A stretch of DNA of 38,155 nt from a virus (taxonomy: Duplodnaviria > Caudoviricetes). Under the pieces are notes generated by a model. It saw only the letters and a program-made list of their open reading frames with translations, ran no database searches and was not told the DNA's origin. The position numbers were made by a program, and so were the translations under genes. The first letter of the stretch is position 1. Every line of letters starts with the position of its first letter. Location: IMG/VR virus record IMGVR_UViG_3300005077_000049, positions 1-38,155 of that record. The stretch is one strand, 5' to 3'. Below, piece by piece: positions 18,760 to 27,032 of this stretch.

Positions 18760-20688
18760 TTAACTCTGTGTAGGAGGTTTTTGCGGAACTTGCATCATCA
18801 TCTGCTGCTCCTTCACATATTGCAAAAGCTTTCCCTTTAAGTTTTTATTGACATCTAACAATTCAATAATCGCTTCAGGAGGAACCGGCACACCATATTG
18901 AGCTGATTGTATCAAACTGCTCAAGTCTGCAATTCTTGAAGTTGGATTATTGACTGTCTCATCAACTGTAGTGTCAAACCTTGCGGTTGTCCTTATTTCG
19001 TCGAACTTTTCCCAAAACTCTTTCTCTTCCTGGTCTATAATCGCAAATGATTTCTCCAACCGAACGATCTCGTTTTGCATGGCTTGTTTCTGATTTTCTA
19101 CTGCTAATCTCTGGTTTTCGATATTTTGCAGCATTATTTCATCATCTGCATCTTCAGGGATTAATCCGGCAGTCGTCGGAGGTTGAAGTTGGCCTATCTG
19201 TTCCTTGAGAGCCTGTATCTGCTCATAAGTCTGCAATCTCTGTGAATCAAATGGAAGTTCACTTCCAACAATTCTTTTTATTTTTTCATTTCCGAAATTT
19301 TCTCCAATAAGATGGATCAATGTTCTTCCCAATAATCTTTTCGCATAGGAATAAGAATCAAAAACTTCCTGCAAAGAAGTCAATCCCTGTTTCTGTCTTA
19401 ACTGAATAGTTATCCCAGGGTCATTCTTGCCCTGTTGATTTCCCAATAAATCAGGATTCGCCCCAATCATCTTAATATCGTCGTTAAACAGCATTTCCAG
19501 TTGCATAATCGAGGTCGGTAATTGCGGTGGAATTATCGGAGTGGGCGCACCTTTTTGCGGATTATACTGAATAATCTTTCCTGCACCAGCACTGTTTCTC
19601 AAAACATTAATATCATCAACTGAATTTTTTGGGACCATAAATCCAGAGTGGGGCATTGTGTTAATCGCCTGCATAATGGCAGATCGTCTCTTATTTTTCT
19701 CTCTCTGTGCATCTTTTAAAGACCTCACAAGCCCTTGTATTTTTAATTTCTGGTCACCAATCGAGGACTCATGAAAACAAAAAATCGGAATAAAAGGATA
19801 TTCTCTTCCAACCCTATTATTTTCCCCATGAAATAAACAAAGTTGTTTATCCACTACAGTTGCCAAAAAAACATGAGGAATTTTTTTTCTTATAACCTTG
19901 TAAATCGTCTCTCCTTCAAGAATAGCCTGAAGTTCTTCATTTGTTCCGTCAAATTGAGTGACATCCCCATTCCTGGTGTTTACGAGAAAAGGAGTGGAGA
20001 TATATTTTTTGTACCAATAATCAACAACCAGGACCTTTTCTTTTCTGTCTGAAGGAATATCAATAGTCTGAATAATATCATCACTGTTTATTCCTCCACC
20101 AAGAGCTTCAATTTTATCTGCTTTATCGGGATAGGTTATTTTTAATTTCGATTTTGAAACTTTTTTATGGTGAATTATATAATCTGCATCAGATAAATCA
20201 CTTTCAGAAAAATATGGATCAATGAGAATATCGAATGGAGATATTTTTTTGAGATAAATATCGCCGTTAATGGGGTCTCTATCATAGTTTACGTTGATTT
20301 CCAAAAAACCAAGACCTCCAATCAGTGCATCTTTGAAAGATTGTGAGGCAATATATTCGTTATTTCCACCAAGCATAATCCATTTCGCAACCCTGGTCAA
20401 AATATCGGCAACGAACTCATCACTTCCCTCAATCGGCAAAATTTTTATATCAGATTTATTCTGGCGTTCGTACCCCGAAACAAGATCAATAGTCTTTTTA
20501 ATGTAATTTAGGTTTAATGCCGGAGCACCTTTTTTCTCAACCATAGCCCTATCAGCAGAACTCCACTGGTCAGACAAATAAAACCTATAATCTTCTTCCA
20601 ATTCACTATAAAAGTCCAGCCATGCCCCTCTCGCCTCTTCATAGCATTCATTCACCAGTTTTATTATTTCGTCATGATTTTCTTTCAT
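18760..20688 (-). CDS. Portal protein (P22-like)
   Basis: FY..DQW...P.L.LN.I...G.E..N; GLVR.LKDAQRE.NKRRS; directly after terL. Confidence 0.9.
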   Translation of the reverse strand: MKENHDEIIKLVNECYEEARGAWLDFYSELEEDYRFYLSDQWSSADRAMVEKKGAPALNLNYIKKTIDLVSGYERQNKSDIKILPIEGSDEFVADILTRVAKWIMLGGNNEYIASQSFKDALIGGLGFLEINVNYDRDPINGDIYLKKISPFDILIDPYFSESDLSDADYIIHHKKVSKSKLKITYPDKADKIEALGGGINSDDIIQTIDIPSDRKEKVLVVDYWYKKYISTPFLVNTRNGDVTQFDGTNEELQAILEGETIYKVIRKKIPHVFLATVVDKQLCLFHGENNRVGREYPFIPIFCFHESSIGDQKLKIQGLVRSLKDAQREKNKRRSAIMQAINTMPHSGFMVPKNSVDDINVLRNSAGAGKIIQYNPQKGAPTPIIPPQLPTSIMQLEMLFNDDIKMIGANPDLLGNQQGKNDPGITIQLRQKQGLTSLQEVFDSYSYAKRLLGRTLIHLIGENFGNEKIKRIVGSELPFDSQRLQTYEQIQALKEQIGQLQPPTTAGLIPEDADDEIMLQNIENQRLAVENQKQAMQNEIVRLEKSFAIIDQEEKEFWEKFDEIRTTARFDTTVDETVNNPTSRIADLSSLIQSAQYGVPVPPEAIIELLDVNKNLKGKLLQYVKEQQMMMQVPQKPPTQS

Positions 20689-20704
20689 ACTTCCTCCATC
20701 TTAA

Positions 20705-22321
20705 TTACATTCCCATCCACGAACGAACTTCGTTCTCATCTCTATTTAAATTCAAGGGATCATCTATTATTAACTTCCCATCATTCACTTCAATTTTATT
20801 TGGGAAAGTAATTCCCATTTTGGAATCAGTAATTCTCGCCAAGGTATCCAGCATGTCATCATTTTTGCAATAAGGGAAAGACAAATATTCATCTTCAATA
20901 AATTCATGAACGAGGTCTCTGAATTTTCCCTCAGTGTCTTCGTAAACAAGGCTTTTTGGTAAAATAATTCTTCCTTTCTGAAACAATGGCAATAAACCCT
21001 TGATCCTGTCATACTTGCTAACTGTGCCGCCCAATTCCACCACAGTGAAAAATACACCCTCTTCTTCCTGTTTCATTGTGATATAATCAATATCAGCCTG
21101 CATACCGTATTTTTCATATCCAACCGTATCAATGCCATAGCTCAAAACAAGGTCTCTCAGCTTTGTCCATCTCTCTCCCAGGTCCAAACGATCTCTAATT
21201 ATGTCTACAACCCAATAGTTTCTCAATGAGTCTGCACCGATAACCTTCATCACAGTATAGTCACTGGTTTTTTTCTTTGAAGAGGCAGGGTCTACAATTC
21301 CATATAGGTTTAAGTAGGGTTTATTTCTACTCCAATATTTCAGCCAATGGAGTTGAAATTTTTGGTTGGAAACGGACGTGGGATTTTGCAGCATTTGTGA
21401 ACTGTAGACCCATTCCCCCATTTCTTCAAATTTATTATCAAGTTCTTCTCTGGTGAGATAAACAGGAATTCCACCACGAAATGCTTCACCTTTTTCATCT
21501 ACCTCAGCGGGGAAAACTCTTGCTTGCCAAATTTTCTTTTTCAGTATTTCCGAGTATGTATCTTTATGACTATACCTGGTCCCGATTATTCTTTTCTTCC
21601 CATTCCTGGTCCCGAGGTTTAAAGCCATCTGGTATGCTTGAGTTGCTTTAATTATTTGATCGGGAGTTGAAACACCCTTGAGATCAATTATATCATCAAA
21701 CACCATTATAGAAAAGTGTTTACCAGTAGGTTGACTATCTACCAGGCCCCACGCCTCAACACTCGCTTCATTGTAAATCTTTTTCCGTTTTGTGAAAAGC
21801 CCTTCGTCCATTGACCACTTAGGAGCCTCCTTTTTAGGATTAAGATAAAATATATCTTCAAAGGCATGGACCAGGATAGTGTTCGTTTCCAGTGCAATTT
21901 TAATTTTACTCATGTGAGATTTTGCAAGCTGCCTGGTATGCGAAAAGATACAAATTCGCTCTTCCTTGTTTTTTATCAATTCCCATATCGGTAAAGCATA
22001 GGAAAGTAGAGTAGACTTCCAGGACTCACGAAACCATAGGTCAATGGTCATGTGATGTTTTTTCTGAACATCGAGGCAGCGGGCAAATAAATAGGGATGG
22101 TTTATTGGCAGGTCCAGGACAAAATAACACAAAAAGAAAAAATCTTCCTTCGCAATTTTCCTTACGACCTCCAAATATCTTTCATCATCTCTTAACCGCT
22201 GAAAGGCAATTAAATCTTTAGATAGTGCTTCATAATCATAAAGCCCATGATCTGTATTGCAATGAATACCAAGCTCTATTAATTTTGGATCACCCTTTTT
22301 TACCTCAAAATCTATCGGCAT
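20705..22321 (-). CDS. terL: Terminase large subunit
   Basis: R.SWKST Walker A, TGKHF...FDD Walker B, IGTRY, VDPA and DDMLD nuclease motifs. Confidence 0.93.
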   Translation of the reverse strand: MPIDFEVKKGDPKLIELGIHCNTDHGLYDYEALSKDLIAFQRLRDDERYLEVVRKIAKEDFFFLCYFVLDLPINHPYLFARCLDVQKKHHMTIDLWFRESWKSTLLSYALPIWELIKNKEERICIFSHTRQLAKSHMSKIKIALETNTILVHAFEDIFYLNPKKEAPKWSMDEGLFTKRKKIYNEASVEAWGLVDSQPTGKHFSIMVFDDIIDLKGVSTPDQIIKATQAYQMALNLGTRNGKKRIIGTRYSHKDTYSEILKKKIWQARVFPAEVDEKGEAFRGGIPVYLTREELDNKFEEMGEWVYSSQMLQNPTSVSNQKFQLHWLKYWSRNKPYLNLYGIVDPASSKKKTSDYTVMKVIGADSLRNYWVVDIIRDRLDLGERWTKLRDLVLSYGIDTVGYEKYGMQADIDYITMKQEEEGVFFTVVELGGTVSKYDRIKGLLPLFQKGRIILPKSLVYEDTEGKFRDLVHEFIEDEYLSFPYCKNDDMLDTLARITDSKMGITFPNKIEVNDGKLIIDDPLNLNRDENEVRSWMGM

Positions 22322-22467
22322 ATTTCACCTTTTTGTTTATTCAAGACCTTACATTTATTTGCTTAAAAGCTAACTTTTTACTTGACAATTATTATCAAGT
22401 GGAAAAGATTACAAGTAACCGTTCCCACTCAAAGGGGCATTATCATTTATATGGTGTGTCCCTTTTT

Positions 22468-22626
22468 TTATGAATAAACCCCAGGGTATCGATATTTAAT
22501 TTTATCAACAGTTCCGGCAATACTTACAATACTTGTGATTTTTCTCCCATTATTGCAATGCCAACATTCAATAGTAATAGGACTATATACTCTGCCACAT
22601 TTCGGGCATACCCAACCATTGCTCAT
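22468..22626 (-). CDS. Small Zn-finger protein (52 aa, GWVCPKCGRVYSP...CWHC; not in ORF track)
   Basis: Hand-translated; GGAGG SD; common phage GWxCPxCG family. Confidence 0.75.
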   Translation of the reverse strand: MSNGWVCPKCGRVYSPITIECWHCNNGRKITSIVSIAGTVDKIKYRYPGVYS

Positions 22627-23197
22627 AAATTCCTCCATTGTTTTTTTGCGACATCAGGGGAAACCCCCCAATGCCGGAGTCCTGTCTCATCATCTAATCT
22701 TCCAGGATGCCATCACAGTTAATGATTGTGACTCACTGCTTCGGTTTCACTAACCCCTACCAGGGCATAGCTCGACCTCAGACTACGTTAAAAAGAAAAA
22801 GAGTAAAAAAGTAGGGGATATATCCTTAAATATACCCCCACAAGCTATATTAAAAAAGGAGGTTGAGAATCCACAATTTCAAAGATTAAACTGAAATTTA
22901 ATTGCTATCTAAATGTACTTCTCTCCGTCGCTCGCTCGTGCCGTAAATGACGTACCCCCCCCCACTCCGTAAGCAAATATTAACTGGTACAGGGACTGTC
23001 TGGCCGAGAGCCTTGATTTCTCGGCTTGTGCGTATGTTGTTTTGACTGATTAAAAAAGTTATTTTTTTAGATGATGAGTGTCTTGCTCTGCTGGAAAGTC
23101 TGAAGTTTTTAATTTGTTTTGATCTTTTTTTAATGAAGTGTTGTTTTGAAATATTTCGTTTTTTGTTTCTGCTTTATAACAACCGCTATTTCTCCAA

Positions 23198-23225
23198 ATA
23201 GTATCAAGAAAATAATTATTGTCAA
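23198..23225 (-). promoter_or_regulatory. Leftward sigma70-type promoter
   Basis: Minus strand TTGACA-N16-TACTAT with extended TGn. Confidence 0.5.
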
Positions 23226-23338
23226 ACCTTTTTTTGTTAATTTTGGCACTAACAATATATTTGTTGTGTAAACCCTGAACCATCCAGCATTTATATATAA
23301 ATAAATCTTTTATCGGTCGTAAAATGTTAGTTTTTAGC

Positions 23339-23367
23339 TTGACATTTTGTTTTTTTGTGCGTACACT
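23339..23367 (+). promoter_or_regulatory. Rightward early promoter
   Basis: TTGACA-N17-TACACT ahead of the small-gene operon. Confidence 0.65.
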
Positions 23368-23451
23368 GTATGTATTAAGTTAGTTTAAAAGTGTACGAAT
23401 GTTGTGACATTTGTTACACTTCATAAATGTTTAGTATGGAGGTTGCACGAT

Positions 23452-23649
23452 ATGAAAATAGAAACTCTTGAAACAGGGAAAAGACTTAAAGCGTTAAGGA
23501 AAGGATTAAGAGGAAATAAAGCCCTTCTTAAAACCTTTGAAAATAATAAGCAAGTTTATAATTCTCTTGTCTCCATAAATAAATCAATTTTGGAAACAAT
23601 AAATTCCTTGTCGGTGGAGTACAGGGAATTATTAAGTAAAGAAAATTAA
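23452..23649 (+). CDS. Hypothetical early protein (start 23452)
   Basis: GGAGG SD before ATG 23452. Confidence 0.65.
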   Translation: MKIETLETGKRLKALRKGLRGNKALLKTFENNKQVYNSLVSINKSILETINSLSVEYRELLSKEN

Positions 23650-23696
23650 AGTTTTATGCGGTCTCTTGCTCAGGGACTGCACAAGATTTTAATTTT
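23642..23696 (+). repeat. Intergenic G-U-rich hairpin repeat, copy 1
   Basis: TAAAGTTTTATGCGGTCTCT...AGGGACTGCACAAGATTTTA; recurs at 25219-25274. Confidence 0.85.
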
Positions 23697-23711
23697 TAAA
23701 AGGAGAAAAAC

Positions 23712-23840
23712 ATGAGAAGTATTGAAGAAGTAAAAAAAGAGATTATCGGAGACTTAAAAGAAATAAAAGAAATATATAGAAGGGTTGGGATTGCAAGCAA
23801 GGCGAAGGAGATCGATTTTTTACTGGAAAGATTAAATTAA
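23712..23840 (+). CDS. Hypothetical 42-aa protein (MRSIEEVKKE...)
   Basis: AGGAG SD; fills the gap between neighbouring genes. Confidence 0.6.
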   Translation: MRSIEEVKKEIIGDLKEIKEIYRRVGIASKAKEIDFLLERLN

Positions 23841-23852
23841 GGAGGAACAGCA

Positions 23853-24426
23853 TTGAAAAACAAATTTGACTTTAACAGTTCGGAAAACCAAGAGATAAAA
23901 AGGAAATTTGTCGCTAAAGAAGTTATCTATTGCCAAACCGCTTTAGTCGAAGAATGTTTAAACAAGCAAATGTTTAAACAAGCAAATGTTTAAACATGAA
24001 GACATTGAAAATTTATTTTTCGACCATGACGAACAGATCGAATCTTTACAAGATGATATTTGTTTGCTAGGTGACCAGATTGCAGAAATGCTTAAAGAAG
24101 GGAAAAATGTAGAAGAAGTAGAAGAAAAAAGAAAGGAAATGAAAAAGCTTGAAGCACAATTAAACGAGCTGGAAAGCTACAACGGAGAAATGCAGGAAAT
24201 TTTTGAATGGTGGTTAGTTTCTGACTGGTTAGCCGAAAAGCTGGAAGAAAAAGGCAAACCCGTATTGAAAAACGAATACGGTACATATTGGGGAAGGACA
24301 GCGACCGGACAGGCGCTTTTCCTGGACGGCGTAATTTCTCAAATTTGCCATGATCTGGAAATCCTGGAAAGTCAAAAAAACAGTTGGGCGGGGGTTAAAA
24401 ATGACAACAAAAATGACGATTTATGA
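23853..24426 (+). pseudogene. Early-region gene (EIFEWWLVSDWLA...WGRT.TGQA) frameshifted by a 16-bp tandem duplication
   Basis: AGGAGG plus TTG at 23853; frame stops at 23993; removing one 16-bp unit fuses it in frame to 23986-24426. Confidence 0.75.
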
Positions 24427-24529
24427 GATAAAAAGAAGAACAGAAAAAACCGAGCCTTATTTTTTTAGTAGGGCAACGCTGTTTAATCCAGAAACAAACG
24501 AGCTTGAAAATTACTCTGATGAGTCCTAA
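24401..24529 (+). CDS. Small hypothetical ORF (42 aa) whose stop codon lies inside the hammerhead
   Basis: GGGGG SD; MTTKMTIYEIKRRTEKTEPYFFSR... Confidence 0.45.
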   Translation: MTTKMTIYEIKRRTEKTEPYFFSRATLFNPETNELENYSDES

Positions 24530-24567
24530 AGGGACGAAACACCGGATTTTTCCCGGTGTCAGTAATT
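24509..24567 (+). ncRNA. Type I hammerhead ribozyme
   Basis: Stem I AATTACT/AGTAATT, CTGATGA, stem II GTCC/GGAC, GAAA, stem III CACCGG/CCGGTG, GTC cleavage triplet at 24558-24560. Confidence 0.95.
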
Positions 24568-24597
24568 AAATTAAAATAAAAAATGGAGGACTTAAAA

Positions 24598-25020
24598 ATG
24601 AAAAGATTAACAGAGGAACAACAAAAATTATTAGAAAAATATGTTGTTGTAGAAAATGAAGAGTATAACGGACAAAACGGAAAATATTTTATTTATGCTC
24701 GGAATACTTTTAAGCACATTCCATGTTGTGAAACTTATACAAACTATGGGATCAAGTTAGAGCACGAAGAAGTTTGCGGAGAAGGCGAAGAACATCAAGA
24801 GGTTTACGCAAAAAATTTTCATGATGGGAGAAACTGGAAAACAGTAATTTTAAACGAAGATTTTTGCAATAAAGAAGTTGCAACTCAGAAGGCACTGGAA
24901 ATTTTGGCAGAAATGCCGGAGTTCCCTTATATCGAAAAAGCTACAAAAGAAATAAAAACGCAAACATATACTTTTTATTTTTCTCGGTATCCAGTACCGG
25001 AAATATGTCAAGTTGTATAA
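24598..25020 (+). CDS. Hypothetical early protein (likely start 24598)
   Basis: GGAGG at 24585-24589 serves ATG 24598. Confidence 0.7.
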   Translation: MKRLTEEQQKLLEKYVVVENEEYNGQNGKYFIYARNTFKHIPCCETYTNYGIKLEHEEVCGEGEEHQEVYAKNFHDGRNWKTVILNEDFCNKEVATQKALEILAEMPEFPYIEKATKEIKTQTYTFYFSRYPVPEICQVV

Positions 25021-25225
25021 GAGGTTAAACATGATTTTAGCAAGTGCGCCAACATTAGAAAGATTAAAAAAGCTTATTAGTGAATATTATTATGGCTCAA
25101 GTATTGAGTTGATAATAACAGGACAAAACACATGGATGGTCAAAAATAGAAAAGGACAAATTCAAGGTGTTAGAGTAAAAGAAAATATTTCTAAAAGCAA
25201 AAGATTTCAGTTTGAAGAGTTTTAA
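25013..25225 (+). CDS. Hypothetical early protein
   Basis: ORF in operon; GAGG SD before an internal ATG. Confidence 0.6.
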   Translation: MYKRLNMILASAPTLERLKKLISEYYYGSSIELIITGQNTWMVKNRKGQIQGVRVKENISKSKRFQFEEF

Positions 25226-25274
25226 AGTTTTATGCGGTCTCTTGTTTTAAGGGACTGCACAAAATTTTAAATTT
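25219..25274 (+). repeat. Intergenic G-U-rich hairpin repeat, copy 2
   Basis: Same stem arms as copy 1, different loop. Confidence 0.85.
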
Positions 25275-25292
25275 TGGAAGGGGGATTTTAAA

Positions 25293-25481
25293 ATGGAATG
25301 CAAAAACTGCCAAAAAGAAATGGAACCAATAAGACACCAAGACCCATATTTTTTATTTTGGTGTCCATTCTGTGGGACAATTGCCGATTGCTATGATCTT
25401 TATAATAAAACGCAATACGGAAAAGAAATTTGTTGGAACAGCCCGAATCTTATTAGTAAAGAGGACAGGTGTAATGTTTGA
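25293..25481 (+). CDS. Small Zn-ribbon protein
   Basis: CKNC...WCPFCG. Confidence 0.65.
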   Translation: MECKNCQKEMEPIRHQDPYFLFWCPFCGTIADCYDLYNKTQYGKEICWNSPNLISKEDRCNV

Positions 25482-25833
25482 TATGTACAGTAGCAACGAG
25501 CAAAAAGAAAAAGACATTGAATTTATAAATTTTCAAGTTTACAGGATGGTAATAAAAAAGATAATATTTTTAATGGGCGACATGACACTTTTACAAGCCC
25601 ATAAAAAAATAGAAGAACAATTAAAAACTTTTTAGAGGGATAAATGAACATAATCATTTTAAAAGTTTTATGCAGTTTGTCAGGCATTATGAAATGATTG
25701 ATGACTTTAAACAAAATTTGAGTCACCCAATCCAGAGAAAAGACAAATGCGTTTTTTCTATTCACAAGAAAATATGTAAAATGAACAAGCAGAATCTTTA
25801 TGAAAATTATGTAAAATAAAATCGGAGGTTAAC

Positions 25834-25959
25834 ATGAAATGTAAAAAATGCGGACATACGATTGATTGCAGCAAGGTTATTTTAACAGGTGTATATTACA
25901 CTGTCAAATGTGACAACTGTAATCATGTCACTAGTAATTTAAACACAAGGGGGAAGTGA
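25834..25959 (+). CDS. Small Zn-ribbon protein (41 aa; not in ORF track)
   Basis: GGAGG SD; MKCKKCG...KCDNC. Confidence 0.6.
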   Translation: MKCKKCGHTIDCSKVILTGVYYTVKCDNCNHVTSNLNTRGK

Positions 25960-26168
25960 TGAAACCGAAAATGTTTATAACAATCAAAGGTGGAAACATT
26001 AAGGAATTAGTCTGTAACGTTGAATGCGACGTTGTGGTAATTGATGAAGACATAAAAGATTATCATTTAAGGCCGAGAATTTATGACCAACAAGTGAAAG
26101 TTGATCGTGACATAATCGGCAGTATGTTTTTGTATAAAGACATTTTGGAGGATAGCCATGTATATTAA
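25956..26168 (+). CDS. Hypothetical early protein
   Basis: ITIKGG...VVVIDED; coupled to neighbouring ORFs. Confidence 0.6.
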   Translation: MMKPKMFITIKGGNIKELVCNVECDVVVIDEDIKDYHLRPRIYDQQVKVDRDIIGSMFLYKDILEDSHVY

Positions 26169-26529
26169 TTATGTAATATATCCGGTTAAAGTTGAGGAAT
26201 GGGACAAGGACAACCAAATATGTCAAGCCTATACAGAAGAAGAGTTTGAAGGACAACCGGATTTTTGGACAGTCTATGGAGTTACAAAAGATAATTTTAT
26301 CGAAGCGATTGCAGACTTCAGGGACAAGGAACATGCGCAAATTTTCCTTGAAAAAATGAATCCCAATTCAATAGAGATCAGCTGGAACATAGAAGATGTC
26401 AAGCTAGTGGCAGAGCAGGAAGACAAGGAAATAACAGACGAAGAGTGCAGGGGAATATTAGAAAGATTAAAGCACAACCATGATGCAGAATTCGGGATAA
26501 CATGGGAGCATATCCGACAAGAACTGTAA
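26158..26529 (+). CDS. Hypothetical acidic early protein
   Basis: ISW.IEDV...HDA..GITW motif. Confidence 0.7.
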   Translation: MYINYVIYPVKVEEWDKDNQICQAYTEEEFEGQPDFWTVYGVTKDNFIEAIADFRDKEHAQIFLEKMNPNSIEISWNIEDVKLVAEQEDKEITDEECRGILERLKHNHDAEFGITWEHIRQEL

Positions 26530-26533
26530 AGAA

Positions 26534-26559
26534 AAAGGGGAGGTTAAAATCTCCCTTTT
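26534..26559 (+). terminator. Probable intrinsic terminator
   Basis: AAGGGGAG-loop-CTCCCTTTT after the stop at 26529. Confidence 0.55.
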
Positions 26560-26583
26560 AAATTTTTAAAAAAGAGGTATGCG

Positions 26584-26856
26584 ATGCAAAAGCTGTTAAA
26601 TGAAATTCATGAAAAGAATAAAAGGTCTATGAAAGTTTTTACTGATGATTTAACAGAAATGGCAGTACAATTGTTTTGGTCTAAAGTACAGGACAAGATC
26701 AAAAAAGGATATTGCTACATGCCATCATATGTTAAATTTAGCGAGAAAAAAATTATTCTTATTTTAGGAGGAAGTTATATAACAGTCGATCACATTATGG
26801 AACAATATCCAGTTTTTACAGTGGACAAGTTTTTTGAAAACATGAAAATACTATAG
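26584..26856 (+). CDS. Hypothetical protein
   Basis: GAGG SD; ORF. Confidence 0.6.
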   Translation: MQKLLNEIHEKNKRSMKVFTDDLTEMAVQLFWSKVQDKIKKGYCYMPSYVKFSEKKIILILGGSYITVDHIMEQYPVFTVDKFFENMKIL

Positions 26857-26864
26857 GAGGACAA

Positions 26865-27032
26865 ATGCAGAGATTTAATTTTTGGATAGAAAAAAAAATG
26901 ATGAAAGAATTAGAAGAGCTTGGGGAAGAGCTTTCCATGTATCAAGAGAAGGTAACGACAAGCCAGTTAGTCAGGCAGGCAATAAGAGACTTGCTTGAAA
27001 AGATGAAGAAATGGCCTCCGTCATGCGATTAA
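26865..27032 (+). CDS. Ribbon-helix-helix regulator (55 aa; not in ORF track)
   Basis: MQRFNFWIE beta-strand, then helix, then TSQLVRQAIRDLL; AGGAGG SD. Confidence 0.75.
   Translation: MQRFNFWIEKKMMKELEELGEELSMYQEKVTTSQLVRQAIRDLLEKMKKWPPSCD

Noticed and set aside
425-22473. Numerous + strand ORFs in the late region (e.g. 1420-1884, 3664-4302, 14536-15033) and the off-frame 18200-18397
   Set aside because: Shadows of long, motif-bearing minus-strand genes; no SD or recognisable motifs
22745-22790. HEARO/omega-RNA remnant (ACTAACCCC...CAGACTACGTT)
   Set aside because: Only short motif resemblance; no IscB/HNH ORF and the remaining structure is missing
23642-25680. CRISPR or mini-array interpretation of the hairpin repeats
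   Set aside because: Copies are separated by whole genes (0.4-1.6 kb), not 30-40 bp spacers
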